Shown here: in pieces, positions 48,701 to 62,100 of the stretch
How positions within the stretch are numbered: the stretch's first letter is position 1
Layout: each line of letters opens with the position of its first letter
Assembly: GCA_949358305.1 (NCBI GenBank)
Contig: OX442314.1
Span: 15,066,001 to 15,130,000 of the forward strand
DNA: 64,000 nt
DNA from: Strigamia acuminata
Taxonomy: Eukaryota
Reading direction: 5' to 3'
The notes under the pieces: model-generated
Seen by the model: only the letters and a program-made list of their open reading frames with translations
Databases searched by the model: none
What the model was told of the DNA's origin: nothing
Position numbers and translations under genes: made by a program

Positions 48701-50639
48701 TTCCAAAAACACCAGTCATGGAAATTTGTGAGGATAAAAGAGTATTTGACTTCCGGTCATTGCAAAGTCAGCTATCACACTTTTCCTATTTTTTTTCAAT
48801 TAAACGTCCGAGTCCAAATGTCACGTCCCTGGCTTCCCGAGTCCCGGCATACAAACGCAATCTCGTTCTCCGCTATCACGGACGCCTAGAATGCTGTCAC
48901 GTGCAGCTCTACCTAAAATGTGTTGGATGTCCTATCTCGGCAACAAGCCTCTGGTATAACATTCATTTTTCCTTTCAAAGATAGTACTCCTTAGAGGAAA
49001 TGAATGAGATATGGCCCATCTAAATTTGCCAAAAATTCAAAAATGAAATTTTATAAAATAAATTTAACATTACCAATAAATAATAATAAAATAAAATAAA
49101 ATAAATAAATAACAAAAATTGAGTTAAGAGTTACTAATACGTTGACCACATAATTGAACTTTTTTTGGGCGTAAATATAACGCATATATCAAAAATGAAA
49201 ACTGCGTTACACTGAAAACATTCCGGTTCAAAACTCATTAACCAGGTCACGTCTATCATTTGGAAATGGAGAAGAAGTGGGGGGAAATAAAAGATTCCAC
49301 CTTCTGCTTACAAGATTAAGTATACAGAACAAATGCTTGCAAGTCTTAAAACTATCTAATATCTCACCATTAACTTCTTTTGTTGAGTATACATTGCCAA
49401 AATATGCAAAACCCTTCCACTTACAACAATATTTTTGAAATACGCACGTCATAAAACGTTCTTAAGTCACCGTCCCCACAGCGTGTGAGGAATTTCCTCT
49501 GACAGCTCTCGTAAACACACCACCTGCCATCGTGGAATGCATTGTACTACATACTCCAATATTTCCTTAACTGAAGTATAAATATACTAAATGTAGAAAA
49601 AGTTATGCGAAAAATCCAAAACATTTCCTTCCCCCATTCCATTTTTTTCCAAAAAACATTTCATTTTTTATTTATTTTTATTTAAAATTATCTCTCTTTA
49701 TTGTAAAAAGGTCTCCAGGTGATATCGCCAGAAAGGATCAACATCACGTCCACGGAAATCGACGGGACCGATCCGTTGTGCGTGCGCAACGCAGCAGCCC
49801 GCAAGCACGGGGAATGGCGAGCAACTCGCAACGCATGCGTCCGCTGCTGACGGAGCAAAGTGTGTGGGCGTGGAGAACATCATTGGCATGTCGGACGTGT
49901 TCTGTACCAACATTTGGCATGCGGTGCACCTAACGGCCTTTTCGGCTACCACCGCTGCAGACCAGCATACTAAACCGTCGGACGGGCGTACGAAAGGGGG
50001 CTTATCGGAAGCCAGGGCGCGTGAGGAGAAGGCGAGGGCGACGACCGGTGGGATTGATGCTAGTAGCATACCCGCCCGAGTCGTCGACCGGTGAATCTCA
50101 TTGGTATTCCATCGCTCGCGACTCACATAAAACACAAGAAAAAAAAATTGAACAGCCATACAAGCGCTCAAATTACACAAAAGCTCACATCGACTCACGC
50201 CCTCCATCGACGAACTCTAGAATTATAACTACCATACAACTCCTACTTTAATTCTCTTTTGGATTCTTAAGAGCATTCTGCACCCTCTCACTCGCGTTCT
50301 TAAGACTAAGAGCGTTACGTATCGAGCCAATATCTTTAAACGTGGACGACAAAAGACTTTATAAACCAAAAAAGCGCGCGGCAAACCTCTCAAACAAAAC
50401 CTATTTATTTTTAATTTGTTTCCCCATGATTTTCGATGCCAAGATGAAACCCGTAAAGTCATTTTTAAACTGCTTGTCTCGGTCTAATTTCAAAATGGCC
50501 GCCGATTTACGAGTAGTCTGTTTCAGTTGCAGTGGGCAAGCACACATTTAAACAACCAAGCATGTTTAAATGCAAGTTAAACATTACTAATTAGCTACAA
50601 TTACTGATTGAATGCAGTATCCTGCACAATGCAGCTGGA

Positions 50640-50745
50640 AAGTGCAAAAACGCATTTTTCAAGTACAAAGATATATTTTTTTAGTGCCAAAAATGCATTT
50701 TAAGGTGCAAAATGCACTTTTTATGTGCAAAAACCGACATTTTTT
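50640..50745. repeat. Degenerate ~21 bp minisatellite, 5 copies
   Basis: Units aagtgcaaaaacgcatttttc / aagtacaaagatatatttttt / tagtgccaaaaatgcatttt / aaggtgcaaaatgcacttttt / atgtgcaaaaaccgacatttttt. Confidence 0.6.
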
Positions 50746-53074
50746 AGATTGAAAATATATTTCAATTATTGCCTAATCACTTCGTACAATGGGGAAATCT
50801 TTGGTTCTGTCAATAAGGGTGATCTATGAGAAACATTTACAGAAGCTTGAAACGTTAATTACGTATAAATGCACAAAAGCATGATGTACACCAAGTTCAA
50901 GTAGCAATTTCTATTTGCGACTTTCTAACACCCAAAATAATAGGACGGCAGTCTTTCCTAGCAAGTAATCAGCGTTATTAAATTTATTCTCCGCATGATA
51001 AGAACTCGTAATGGCACACAAAACTCACACGGGTCATTACGCCCAGAGACCAAAGATACGATAAAACTGGAGCTTGTGAAAAGAGGAAAAAGCAATCAAA
51101 AACATTCGATGCTATCAAATTCCGCTCACAGGGCTCACAGGTATATATGTACTCAAAATGTATCAAAACTTTATCAACTACCAACTCATGAGCATTCATG
51201 AGCAGCCACTTCCTGCGCTGGAGAAAGCGATGAGGTGTTAATTTGAGGATATAGGAATTCAGCACACCAACTGGTCATTCGACTGCGCGCTGACCAATCC
51301 CGCAGTTCGCCTCTTGAATTGCTAGCACGCAATGCAATCTCTTGAAAGAAAGAATACGAGAGGGAAAAAAAGAATAGAAAGAATAGAAAAAAAACTGAGT
51401 GACCAAGAACATTCGAACAATATGGCGAGCACGTTTTTAATCAGCACCTGGCTAACAGCTACCCTCCCATGCCACAGTAATAAATCCCCCAATAAAACAA
51501 AGAAGAGGACGCGCCATCTGCGAACAGCACGAAGACTCAACCATCCGAACTTGACTTTCGTATACATTTGTATCTATTTGTATCGGGCTTTCATTTCTTT
51601 TCTGGAAATTAATAAATTATATATATATATGATAAATAAATTGTGCTTTTGCGTTCTTAGCAATTCAGTCAAAACCATCAGTGATGTTTTTTGTTTAAGC
51701 GTGTAAAATAATGGCAAACTACTTTGCAAGCCAAAAAACCAGAGCTTGTGAATAATTCGTAAATACGATAAAAGCATCCAACTTGTCACAACAACAACAA
51801 GTAGGCCTAAAACATAGAACTAGAGTGTCATCAATAATTCAAACGGCACCATTACCACAAGAGCATACACCAACTGCACCAACCAGTCGACGTGGTGAAT
51901 ACGAAATATTCACTAGTCTAAAAGTCACTTTCCCAACGGTATAAAACTCCATTACAAATCATTCCATTCTACTTAAAATATAAAAACAAACCCCGAAAAA
52001 AAAAAGAAATCCAAAGAAAAAAAAAACAAAAAAAAAATCCTTCACTTCTCAAACGCAATACAAACCTTGTTTTACTTCAATCCCTAATGATAATTATTAT
52101 TTTCGACTTGATTTTTCAACCCCGCCTTTAATTGCCAGGTTTAAAAAAAGAGGAGAAAATAAAGAGATTATTGTAACCTCACCCACCAGCCACCACCAAC
52201 CTATACAACTTTTCTTTTCGGCTGACGTTTTAAAACATGACGAATCGAATTCATTTTCTGCCATTCCTTTTAACGTCAATTATTTTTTTCACCAACTTCA
52301 ATGATCCGTAAGCTGAGTTTCCACCCACCTCATCATGTCGTCCTTCATACACAAACCGTAGCCCAAAGGGGGTACGAACCGAGCCAAGCCCAGAATGAAA
52401 ATTACACAGTCACACAAAAATCCCTTCAGAGAACAGAAAGAGCTGTCTGATAAGCGCGCGTTGTTGGCGGAACCTTTACTTGCTCGCTTCAAACAAACTC
52501 CCTCAAAGCCAAGTGGTAAGTGTATCATTAATGCTTTATAGTTATTATTGTTATAGCCACATGTCAAACCTTCAAAACCGCCTCTATCTCCATCTGTGGT
52601 CATGTTTGGCCACCATTCAACAGTGCAACATCATTCTAAATCTGCCTCCATATTTTTAAAATATTCGACAAATAAATTATTTTTCTTAACCTAGTTACAC
52701 CCACTTGTCAGCAGAGGGCGTTAGCAACTTCATTGCTCTGGGAATTGAGTCCATTTTCTTCTCCCCATAACATCAAAAACCCAGGCCTGCATTTCCCATC
52801 ATCCAGTGTCAACTCCCTGTAGAGACTTCACTACTCGAATCTTTAACATCATCACCACCAGAGCTGCCAATTATTCCAATCATGTCCTGTACGTGCAATG
52901 TGGAAACAAAAAAAAAAAAAAAAAACTTCCGCTAGGGGGAGTTGCCACTAGTTCCAATAACTCGTGGACACACGTCACACACAATTGAAGTTGACACCAA
53001 CAACATTCACTAGCTGAATTACAACTAACTTTCACTTTACTTCAAATTATCAAGATCAAAGTCTCAACTCTTAC

Positions 53075-53137
53075 CTTCCATTCGGTCCATATCCAGCATC
53101 AGCAGCGTTCAGGTGATAGTCGGCAGTGTTAGAATAC
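53075..53137 (-). CDS. Candidate distal alternative trh coding exon (63 nt, phase 2/2)
   Basis: tttttgcag|GTATTC...GGAAG|gtaaga. Only one frame is open (YSNTADYHLNAADAGYGPNG), and it is the frame that joins the bHLH exon at 32896. Confidence 0.6.
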
Positions 53138-56100
53138 CTGCAAAAAGACACGATACAAAAACATTAGTATTGATTAAAAGAAATAAATAAATAAATAAAT
53201 AAAAGCAATGCAACTTTACTGAAATGAAATCTTTCATATTTCATTGACCATCGTAATCACGTTAATAGCAGGCGTTTGCATTATTCGATGTCCACGCAAA
53301 CTTAATTGAATTGGTATGGTTGGAAAGGGTAGGAGAGGTGATGGTGTAGGTAGGGGGCCGGAATGGATCACGTGCCAACTAATCATCACCAATCATCTCA
53401 TTACTGAGCAGTATTTAGTTATCAGGAATGCAGGGCATGCTTGTCATTACCATGGGCACTGGCTATGGCTATGGATGAGAATGTTGGCTTCCATTGGACG
53501 AGTCGGGGCGTGGGCGACGAGGGGGCGCGAAGGCCCGTCCCGCTTCCACCCCGTGCGAGCAGCGGCCCCTTCCGAGAGAAGCGGGGAAATGAGTGAATCG
53601 AGTCGCACTCCCCAGACATGTTGTATTACACGCCCTGTCAACAGCTCCCTCTCGCAGCTAACGCCGTAAACACACGAGCACGCTTCCCTGGAAAGCCCAA
53701 CTTTGCACTTCTAAAAAACCCCCTTTTTTATTTTCCTCATTGATGAACATTTTTTTAATTTATCGCTTCCCTAAACAATTTCAATAAGCTTACATTATTT
53801 TCCACATTTCAATTCGCATTTGAAGGTAAAGAGGAGGTTGCTTTTGCCCATTAAAAGGTGGGCGTTACAGACAGGTGAGCACACAACTTCTGACATTAGA
53901 GGAAACAATTTGCCCCCCAATCTACATACAGGTGAGGATCAGTTTCAGCTGCCCACAGACAATGGGGTTTTGTAAAAAAAAAAAAAAAAAAAAAAATAAT
54001 AATACCAATAAAAAAAAAATAAAATAATAAAAAATAAATAATAAATAAATCGTAACAATTTTCCACCCCCATAAAAAAATCAGAAAAATAGTTAGCAAAC
54101 GCAAGCAATTAACGCTGACAATATAAACAGATCCACCTCAGCGCTAAACGAAAAGGTGGTACGATTAGTCAAGGCTCACAAACTTGATTTAAAATGTCGC
54201 CCCACAGGATCAAAGACGGCGCCCCGACCAGGTGACACTCAACCCACCTGGCCAGGTGAGAGGAGGGCGGAGACAGGGCGGCGAGAACGCTCCCAACCGG
54301 CCTAGAATGGTGACAGTGATCCACGGCCGGGCCACCGCGAACACGAAACCTCCATCAGAGGGCGCGAGGGGTTCGGCATTTACTCGCTTGCCCCCTTAAC
54401 CAACACCACCTACACTTTCCTCGAACCCCTGAAGGTCAAGAGGTGCGTAGACTGCGTACACACGGTTACACATTCACGTATTTAATCGATTAAAATGTGC
54501 TCAGTATCATTTCTCCTTATTTATTTGTTGGGGTTTGTGAATTCAAATCAATTAGCAGTGCAAATGAACAATGGACGATGGATTAAAGCTACAAACAAGG
54601 TGGACAACGTCCTTCCACGAATTTAATTTCATGTTTACAAATCAAAACGAAATTATTATTACACGCCAAACATGGTAATTACTAATTTCTTCCTCTCACA
54701 ACCCTCTGAGATAAAAAAAAATGAAAGAAAAACCACAAAATAAAAAAAATAAAAATCCAGACAAAAAAAAATGCAAATTAATAAATTACAATTACAAAAA
54801 AAGAACAAAATTAATTAAATCGACATGTCGAAATAATAAAGTGAAGCATCAAGGACACCATTAACTAAACCGAAAGAAAAAAAAACTGAGACAACAAAAC
54901 AAATTCCCAAGGTCGGTGCAAATGATCATGAAAAATCTCCTTTTCTTATCCTCGCATCAAATTTCCGCTCTACCTTCATCAACATCAAAACTAATTTAAG
55001 AAAAGAAATCACAACCTTTGAACGCACCTGCACCCAAGTGAGATTAATTTGCAATCCTCCTTTATTCCATCTAATTACATGAGAACAAGGAAACAACGGA
55101 AGCGCGCAGATTACCAGCCATTTCATATTCACTTGAATAAATTACTTGCCGTTTTAGACCCCTTCGCTGACCCTGTCATGTCAGTTTGAGTGACCAGGTG
55201 TGCGGTGTCCATTTTTTTCCCACCTTCATTTCCATAAATCCTGCTGCTTCTCCCCACAGCATCCCTCACTCACATCTTATCTCCAAATCAGGCTCAGGTA
55301 ATAGAGATTTATGGCGGACGACAGCGGCACTTCACTCTCACCTGCCCACCCCTTGGCGACAAGAAACTGCAGGAGATAATCAACCCTTTCAGCCCAACAA
55401 TTCGAGATAGCAAATTCGAACGAGTAATTGTTTTCATTTGTTTGCATCGCGTCGAGAAATTAATTGCAAAAAAAAGCCACGCTCTTAATGCACGAATGTT
55501 TTGACTATTCAAGTCTGCACATTTTTTCGACTGTCACAGTTAAATTAAGCTGTAAAAAGCTACACACAAGAAGTCATGTAAATTTTTCTTGTTTTGTTGC
55601 AAATATCACTTGGCTACCTTGGGAAGATTGCAAGGTGAACTCCTTGAGAAATTCCACAAGACATCACAAGACATGTTTAGAGTCATTTCCACCTACGCCG
55701 AAACCTTTAACCTGAGTGCTAATTAGAAAAATGTAATTTACATTTTTGCTACAACCCAACCCAACCCAACAGCACCAAAAACACCAAACACCAAAAAAAG
55801 AAAACAGTAGAGCAGTGTTTCCTTTCAATTCAAACGTGTTTTCCCATCTATAACCAAATTAGTTACAACGAAAAAACATATCACTTAGCATTGACATTTC
55901 CCCGTTCAATGAAACAAAATTTATAGCGATTTAGCGAAATAAAAAGACGCGCAACAAAAACTAGAAACTTTACAACAAATTGCTGAACCGAAACATCAAC
56001 TAATAGATAGTTTTTAAAAAAGAAAATCACATTTCGTGTTTGAAAAACAGTTCATGTGAACTTCTCACGATTGTAGTGTGACTAATAAAGAAACATTCAC

Positions 56101-59100
56101 CAGAGGTATATTACAATGTCAGTTTATGGCTGTAAAAACAGTGAAAACCAACACGCTAATGGTTTTCACTCGACTTCCTATAAACAAATGCATGTCCCTG
56201 ATCTTTTGTAAACTATTTCCTTAGGCGAGGCCACATGTCAAATTAACAGCAACGAGCAACCTCTCATCTCACAACATTACAAATAGCTTCAGATGAGAGT
56301 TAATTGATCACAATTTTAGGCGATATTTAACGTCTAAAAAAAAAAGAAGAAAGACATCAATTAGTTTTTTGTTTCTATTTTTCCCGCCTGCAGTTGTCTT
56401 TTTCTTTTATATCATAAAGTTTTCTTTCCCATTGCCATCTCCCCTTGAAATAGCAATCTTGTTCATCCAGTCGCTTTCCATAGAAATGGCAGCGAAAAGC
56501 GGTCAGGGACGACAAAGCCCTGAATGCTAACAACATTAAAGTAAACCGAAGAATTTGCTACAATTAATGCATCACCAATTAAGCTCGTAATTCTGTTTTC
56601 TCGGGTTTGGGCACTAAGATTTAAATTTAATTTTTCAGTTACGGTAACTTGTGTCAACAATATTTCATTTCCTCATCTTCATAACAGCAAATATTTTCAT
56701 TCCGCTTTACCTGATGGACTCGTGTCAGCTCTTACCAGACTCTTAAGTGGTAAATCGTGTTCGGCGGCCCACCGGTCGGCATCGGCCTCCATTTACATGA
56801 AGTGTCACCGACCAGATCTTATCTCAGACCCACCACCAAACCAATGGATAATGAGTTTAACTCCCGCCATACTACTCCATTCCTATCTAACGCGGGGCAA
56901 AGGCCAAATTGTCCTCCCCATAATGCATTTCTCATCTAAATAAAACATCCCACCCACTTTAGAGAAGAAAAAAAATTCACTTACCTTTAGAAAAATATAA
57001 TTAACCTTTAAAAAAAAATCTAATTGAAAATTTAAATGGAGAAATTTCACAAATAAGTCATTTTTATATAAAAATATACAAAAAAATTTCTAACAAATTT
57101 CAATTATTGCCATTTATTTTTTGCATTGTACAGCCAATTATAAATCGGTTAAATTAAAAAAAAAGAAAAAAAAATAGTTTCATTTTCCAGTACATTAAAT
57201 CATGCATTTTTTCCATCCACAAAACCGTATCCTTACTAAATTTTTGCATTAACGTTTTAATCAGCTTAATGGCTTAAAAAGCTACTTGTACTAAATATTG
57301 AATAAAAATTCCGACTTCACAGTTTCGCACTTCCTGCCAAAATAATGCACAATTTGTACAATTCTAAAACCAAAACGAGCAAATTTTTAAATCCCTCATT
57401 CCACCCACGCAAGATATAAACCCAGCACTTTCCTCTCCAACACGCTTCACTCAAATTTTTCATACAAAAACACCATTAGGCTTATTATGCATTCCGATAC
57501 ACGAGGCAGGATCATTAGTCGATCCCCTCCTCCCATTTTTTAATGAGCCACCACAACTGGGGGTGCGCATCCATTTTTTTCAGCTTGTGCTACTGTCAAA
57601 CTTTGCAGTTGCCGGCAGCTGGAACACTGGAGAGATGAGAGTGAGAGAAAGAGAGAGACGCGAAAAATTAATAGATTTAAGGGATGGCAGGCAGGCAAGG
57701 GGATAGAAAAATTCCCCTTTCTCCAAACCCATCTATACACATGACAAATGTAATTATTTATCAACTTGCAAGAGTAATCTACAAAAACATTTATTCCTCA
57801 TCTCGCAACAAGATGGTGGCAGCTCCCCTAAGGAGCCAATCGCATTGATTCAATATGCAGTGTATGCATACATATTGATACAAATTATTTCCTTTTTTTT
57901 TGCTCTAAGGATTTAATTGAAATGTAGAAGCGATCAAAATTTTATTGCCCACGGGAAATCTCATAGAATAAAAAGTAAATTCAAAAGTGCATAAAGAGAT
58001 TTTATTTTCATCGTTAATATAACTTAAGAGATTTTTTCTAGCCCTTTTCAACTGTCAACTTCAATTTGCTTCAACTTTTTTAATTGCAGCTCAATTAACA
58101 GTCCGCTATTTTTTTTGTCAATAAAAATAAGCGTAAAATCTCCTCCCTTTTACTTTTTTTTTTCTCCAAAATTTCTTGCTTGCTTTTCCTCAAACTCATT
58201 AAGTATAAAGCGGAGACATTTAATCTAGAGAAAAGTATCAAGATGGCAACTCCAATTACTGTTATTAAGTTGTTCTCGTTCTAAAAGGCTTTTATAGTTC
58301 ATTAAAAAAAACTTTTATACATTTCTAAGCAAATTAAAAGCCCAAACCTAACCATAAACAATGTATCTCGCACTAATTAACATAAAAATAAACATAAACC
58401 AAACCCACGAAGATATAAATAAAAAAAATTTTAACTAAAAAAAAATGATTATATTTTTTTTCCTCAAAATTTTAATTTAATTTTCTAAAATTGAAAAACC
58501 AAATCGATAAGATTTTTCCAAGACGTAAAACTTTCAAGGAGGTCCGTGATCCCTATAATCTAGCCCATTAAACACCTTTGTCTCGTGCATTCATCAAACG
58601 AGGGGCGCAATTAACAGCTGAAGTGACATTGGCAGGTATAAAGTCACTCGCATTACGTGAGGCTATTTTCTTGCATACACACACGCACCAAACGAGACAG
58701 CAACAAGCAAACGATGACCTTAAGCGCGTATTCCGACCACGTTCCGCGCACTCTGATCAGTATTCAGAGCAGATTCGACGAGCACCTACGCCGCTGTTCA
58801 ATACATCGAGCCAAGAAACTTACCTGAACAAAAAGAAAAGATGTCATTACCACAAGAAAACGAAGAAGAAGACTGAAACCCAAGAAAAAACTTTTCCGCC
58901 ATTATTCAAATTACAAGTATTCCACAATTTTTCATTACTACATACAATTCAATTCTAAGAAACTTAATACATAAAAAAAAAAAAACTTATTTTACCAAGT
59001 TAATTTTCCAATCGTCATCATAATCTCAAACGGAAACTTTAAAAAAAAAATTTAAATTAAAAAAAAAAAAACCAATTGAAAACATCTCAACAAGTGTCGA

Positions 59101-62100
59101 AGTGCCTCGCCGAGTTCCATGTTCCATCTCCGGATGAACAGACAGACGGTGCCAATGCCTCGCGTATTCTCATTCCATCAGTCAAGTCTTTTTCATTCCA
59201 CCCCCTCAGCTTCATCTGCATGCTAACGAGGTGTTGTGGTGGGAAAAAGTGGCGGCAGACGGCACCACCATCAGTTCCGAAAGCGCATTAAAGGGGCGGG
59301 CAAATTGAAAAGATGACAAAACGCCTCGTCTCACCCATAAGAGTTATCGAATTAAAGGCCCCCACCCAACTCTACGGGTGTCTCAAGAGTTAAATGAATC
59401 AAATGCGCGCACAGCAAAAAAAATAAGTAGGAAGCGCGGCTTCGCCAACACTTAAAAGAAGTCAGATAAAATTTTCTTTCAAAAAAAGTCACCTTGGCGT
59501 GAGGGGACGCAGTTAATTCCAATCACAATTGGACTGTGGTATGCAAGTTGTAAAAAAAATTCTTCGAACATTATCCAGAGCATAAAGGGGTGCGTGGGAA
59601 AATTGATTGCACGAGTGAAGTTGTCACCAGACGGCGTTGGACGTGATTCCGTCTCACCTCACTCAAATCTCCTCCTCGTATCAAACCTTTGAACACATTA
59701 TACAAAGGAAGGAAGTAAAACATCTTTTCCTATACCGATTGGTGTATCTGGCCCGGGGTCAAACACCTGGTTTGTGTTAATTAAATATTTTAATTTTAAA
59801 AAAATATTTAAAAAATAGGCGCATTTCTAATGAGTAATGACAAGTAATGTTTGAAAAATTACACATCCTTTTACGCATCAACCATTTAGACTAATTTGAA
59901 AGACCCATTAAAAATAAATAATCGGTTATGTAAAAAAAAAAGAATTACGCTAAAATAAAATTTTAAAAAAATGTAAAGTTGATTGCTAAATTTACATAAT
60001 CTAAGCTAAAATTTTTATTTCTCCTGTTTCAAAGCTATTATCGATGATTTAGCACAATCCCTCAGATTAAGTCAATGCAGTTACTAGCATTTGCCGCTGA
60101 TTCAATAGCTAATTACCTAAGGACAACCGCAGATGTGAGGAAGAAAGATGTTCATGCTCACAAACACACATGTAATAAATAAAAATGTAAATTACAACCG
60201 TCCTAAATAAAGTTGTTTCCAGCTTTGTTTAGTCCCAACTCAAGACACAACACAAACTGCACAAGAAAAACCAATAAACATAGCACTATATTTTATATTT
60301 TTTAAAACGTATATAAAATTAATTACACAAAAATTTCAACTATCTTTTTCGGTAACATTTCACAAGTAAAGCAAAACCCAACCTCAAACCTTGAAATCTT
60401 GCGGCGTCCAAATTTATCACCATCAACTAAATGAGGGGACGAAGAATGACAATAATAACACTACAAAGGGAAATACCAACAGAACACTGAGTAATTAAAA
60501 TGGACTGGAAACAAACAAAACCGCCTGACCAAAAAAAAAAAAAATTCCTTTTACTATAATTGACAAATAATAGAAGACATCTAAAATAAAAGCTGAAAGA
60601 TTCCCCTTAACAAATAAAAAGAAAAAAAACAAAAAAAAAAGAAAACAAAAGTATTTGGAACCAAATACCTCAACCTCGGCTTCGTACAAGACAAAATAGC
60701 AGACGTAGACAACAAGCCGGACCTGGGGAGAGCGGACCAGAGGAAGGGAGGTCACACATGCCATTATATATTAGTTTTATACGGCCTATCATAAATAAAC
60801 AGGTGGGACATTCACCTGTGTAAGGAAAAGAAACCTGCAAAGAGAACACTTGTGCACTTATGTAAATTGGTCGAAAAGTAAATCAAAACCAAGTTCAACC
60901 TTATAATTACAACATCAACTCGAAAATTAAAAACAAAACCGAAAAAAGCATCAAATTCATTACACTGTTATTAATCAATTAAAATGCAACCACCAGTACG
61001 CGATAAACTCACACTTCGATTTAAAAAAAAAAAATTTAAAAAAAAAAAAAACATTACTAAAAACCAATAAAAAAAGCCCCCCATTTTTATATTCTTTTAA
61101 AGCCATATGTCCGTCGACTAAAGATACAATATTTCTACCATTTACGACTTGCACCACTTGTCTGTATCTAAAACCCGCGACCCACGCACATATCTCGACT
61201 AGCAATCACCACTCATACATCAAACTGCGACTTTATATTGTGCACTTTGGCTACAATTTTACAATTTTCCCCTTCCATATACAGTGGGCATTGCAACACG
61301 CCATCTGGGGAGGAGGAGGAGTAAAGAGGGGGACAGTTTCTACAATATTTTTATTTTGTAAAGTGTCTCCCCACCTCTCCCATCCTTCCCTCAAACATAT
61401 TGGAACCCCAAGGGCAGTCCATGGAATGTGCCATTACTTTCCATCATGGCTGCCATATTGGCTCATTGTCAGGATATACAAGTGAGAATAATAAAGACCT
61501 TCTGCTTTCCCCATTTCTCCAAAAAGAAAGAAAATAAAAATAAAAATGCCCGTTCACTCCCCAGTGGCAATGCCGAAGTATTTTAACTTTTCACCTATAT
61601 TAAAAAGTCGACTTTGCGTCCCCCTGTGCCATCCTTCTGATAGGTCTACTCAATTTTTCCCTTTCTTTATTGCATTTTTTTTCTCTGAAATATTTGCTAT
61701 GGCCTACGTGGAAACGGCACAATTTCATGACAATGTTTGTGCCGGGGCGGTCACACAAAAGATTTTTCACAAAAATTTTTTCTTCGACTGTCTCTCGTTT
61801 TTTTTTACGACTGCCAACAGGTGGCGTGACACTTGGGTGCAAGACAAATGTTTTTGGTAAGAACATCTGTGGGTTTAGCGCGACACAAACTTCCTAGCAT
61901 CATACAAATGATAAAACTTAGAAAAATATCTATATTTTTAAAAATATCTTTTAGAAATTCTGCAAAACTAAAAAATAATTGCACATTTCTTTTTATAGAT
62001 AAATTTCCAACAACAAAAAAATCTGATTTGTCAACCGTAATTACTGCAGTCCCGATAAATAATTTGCAAAAAATGTTTAAGGCGTTAACCTTAAATCTGA

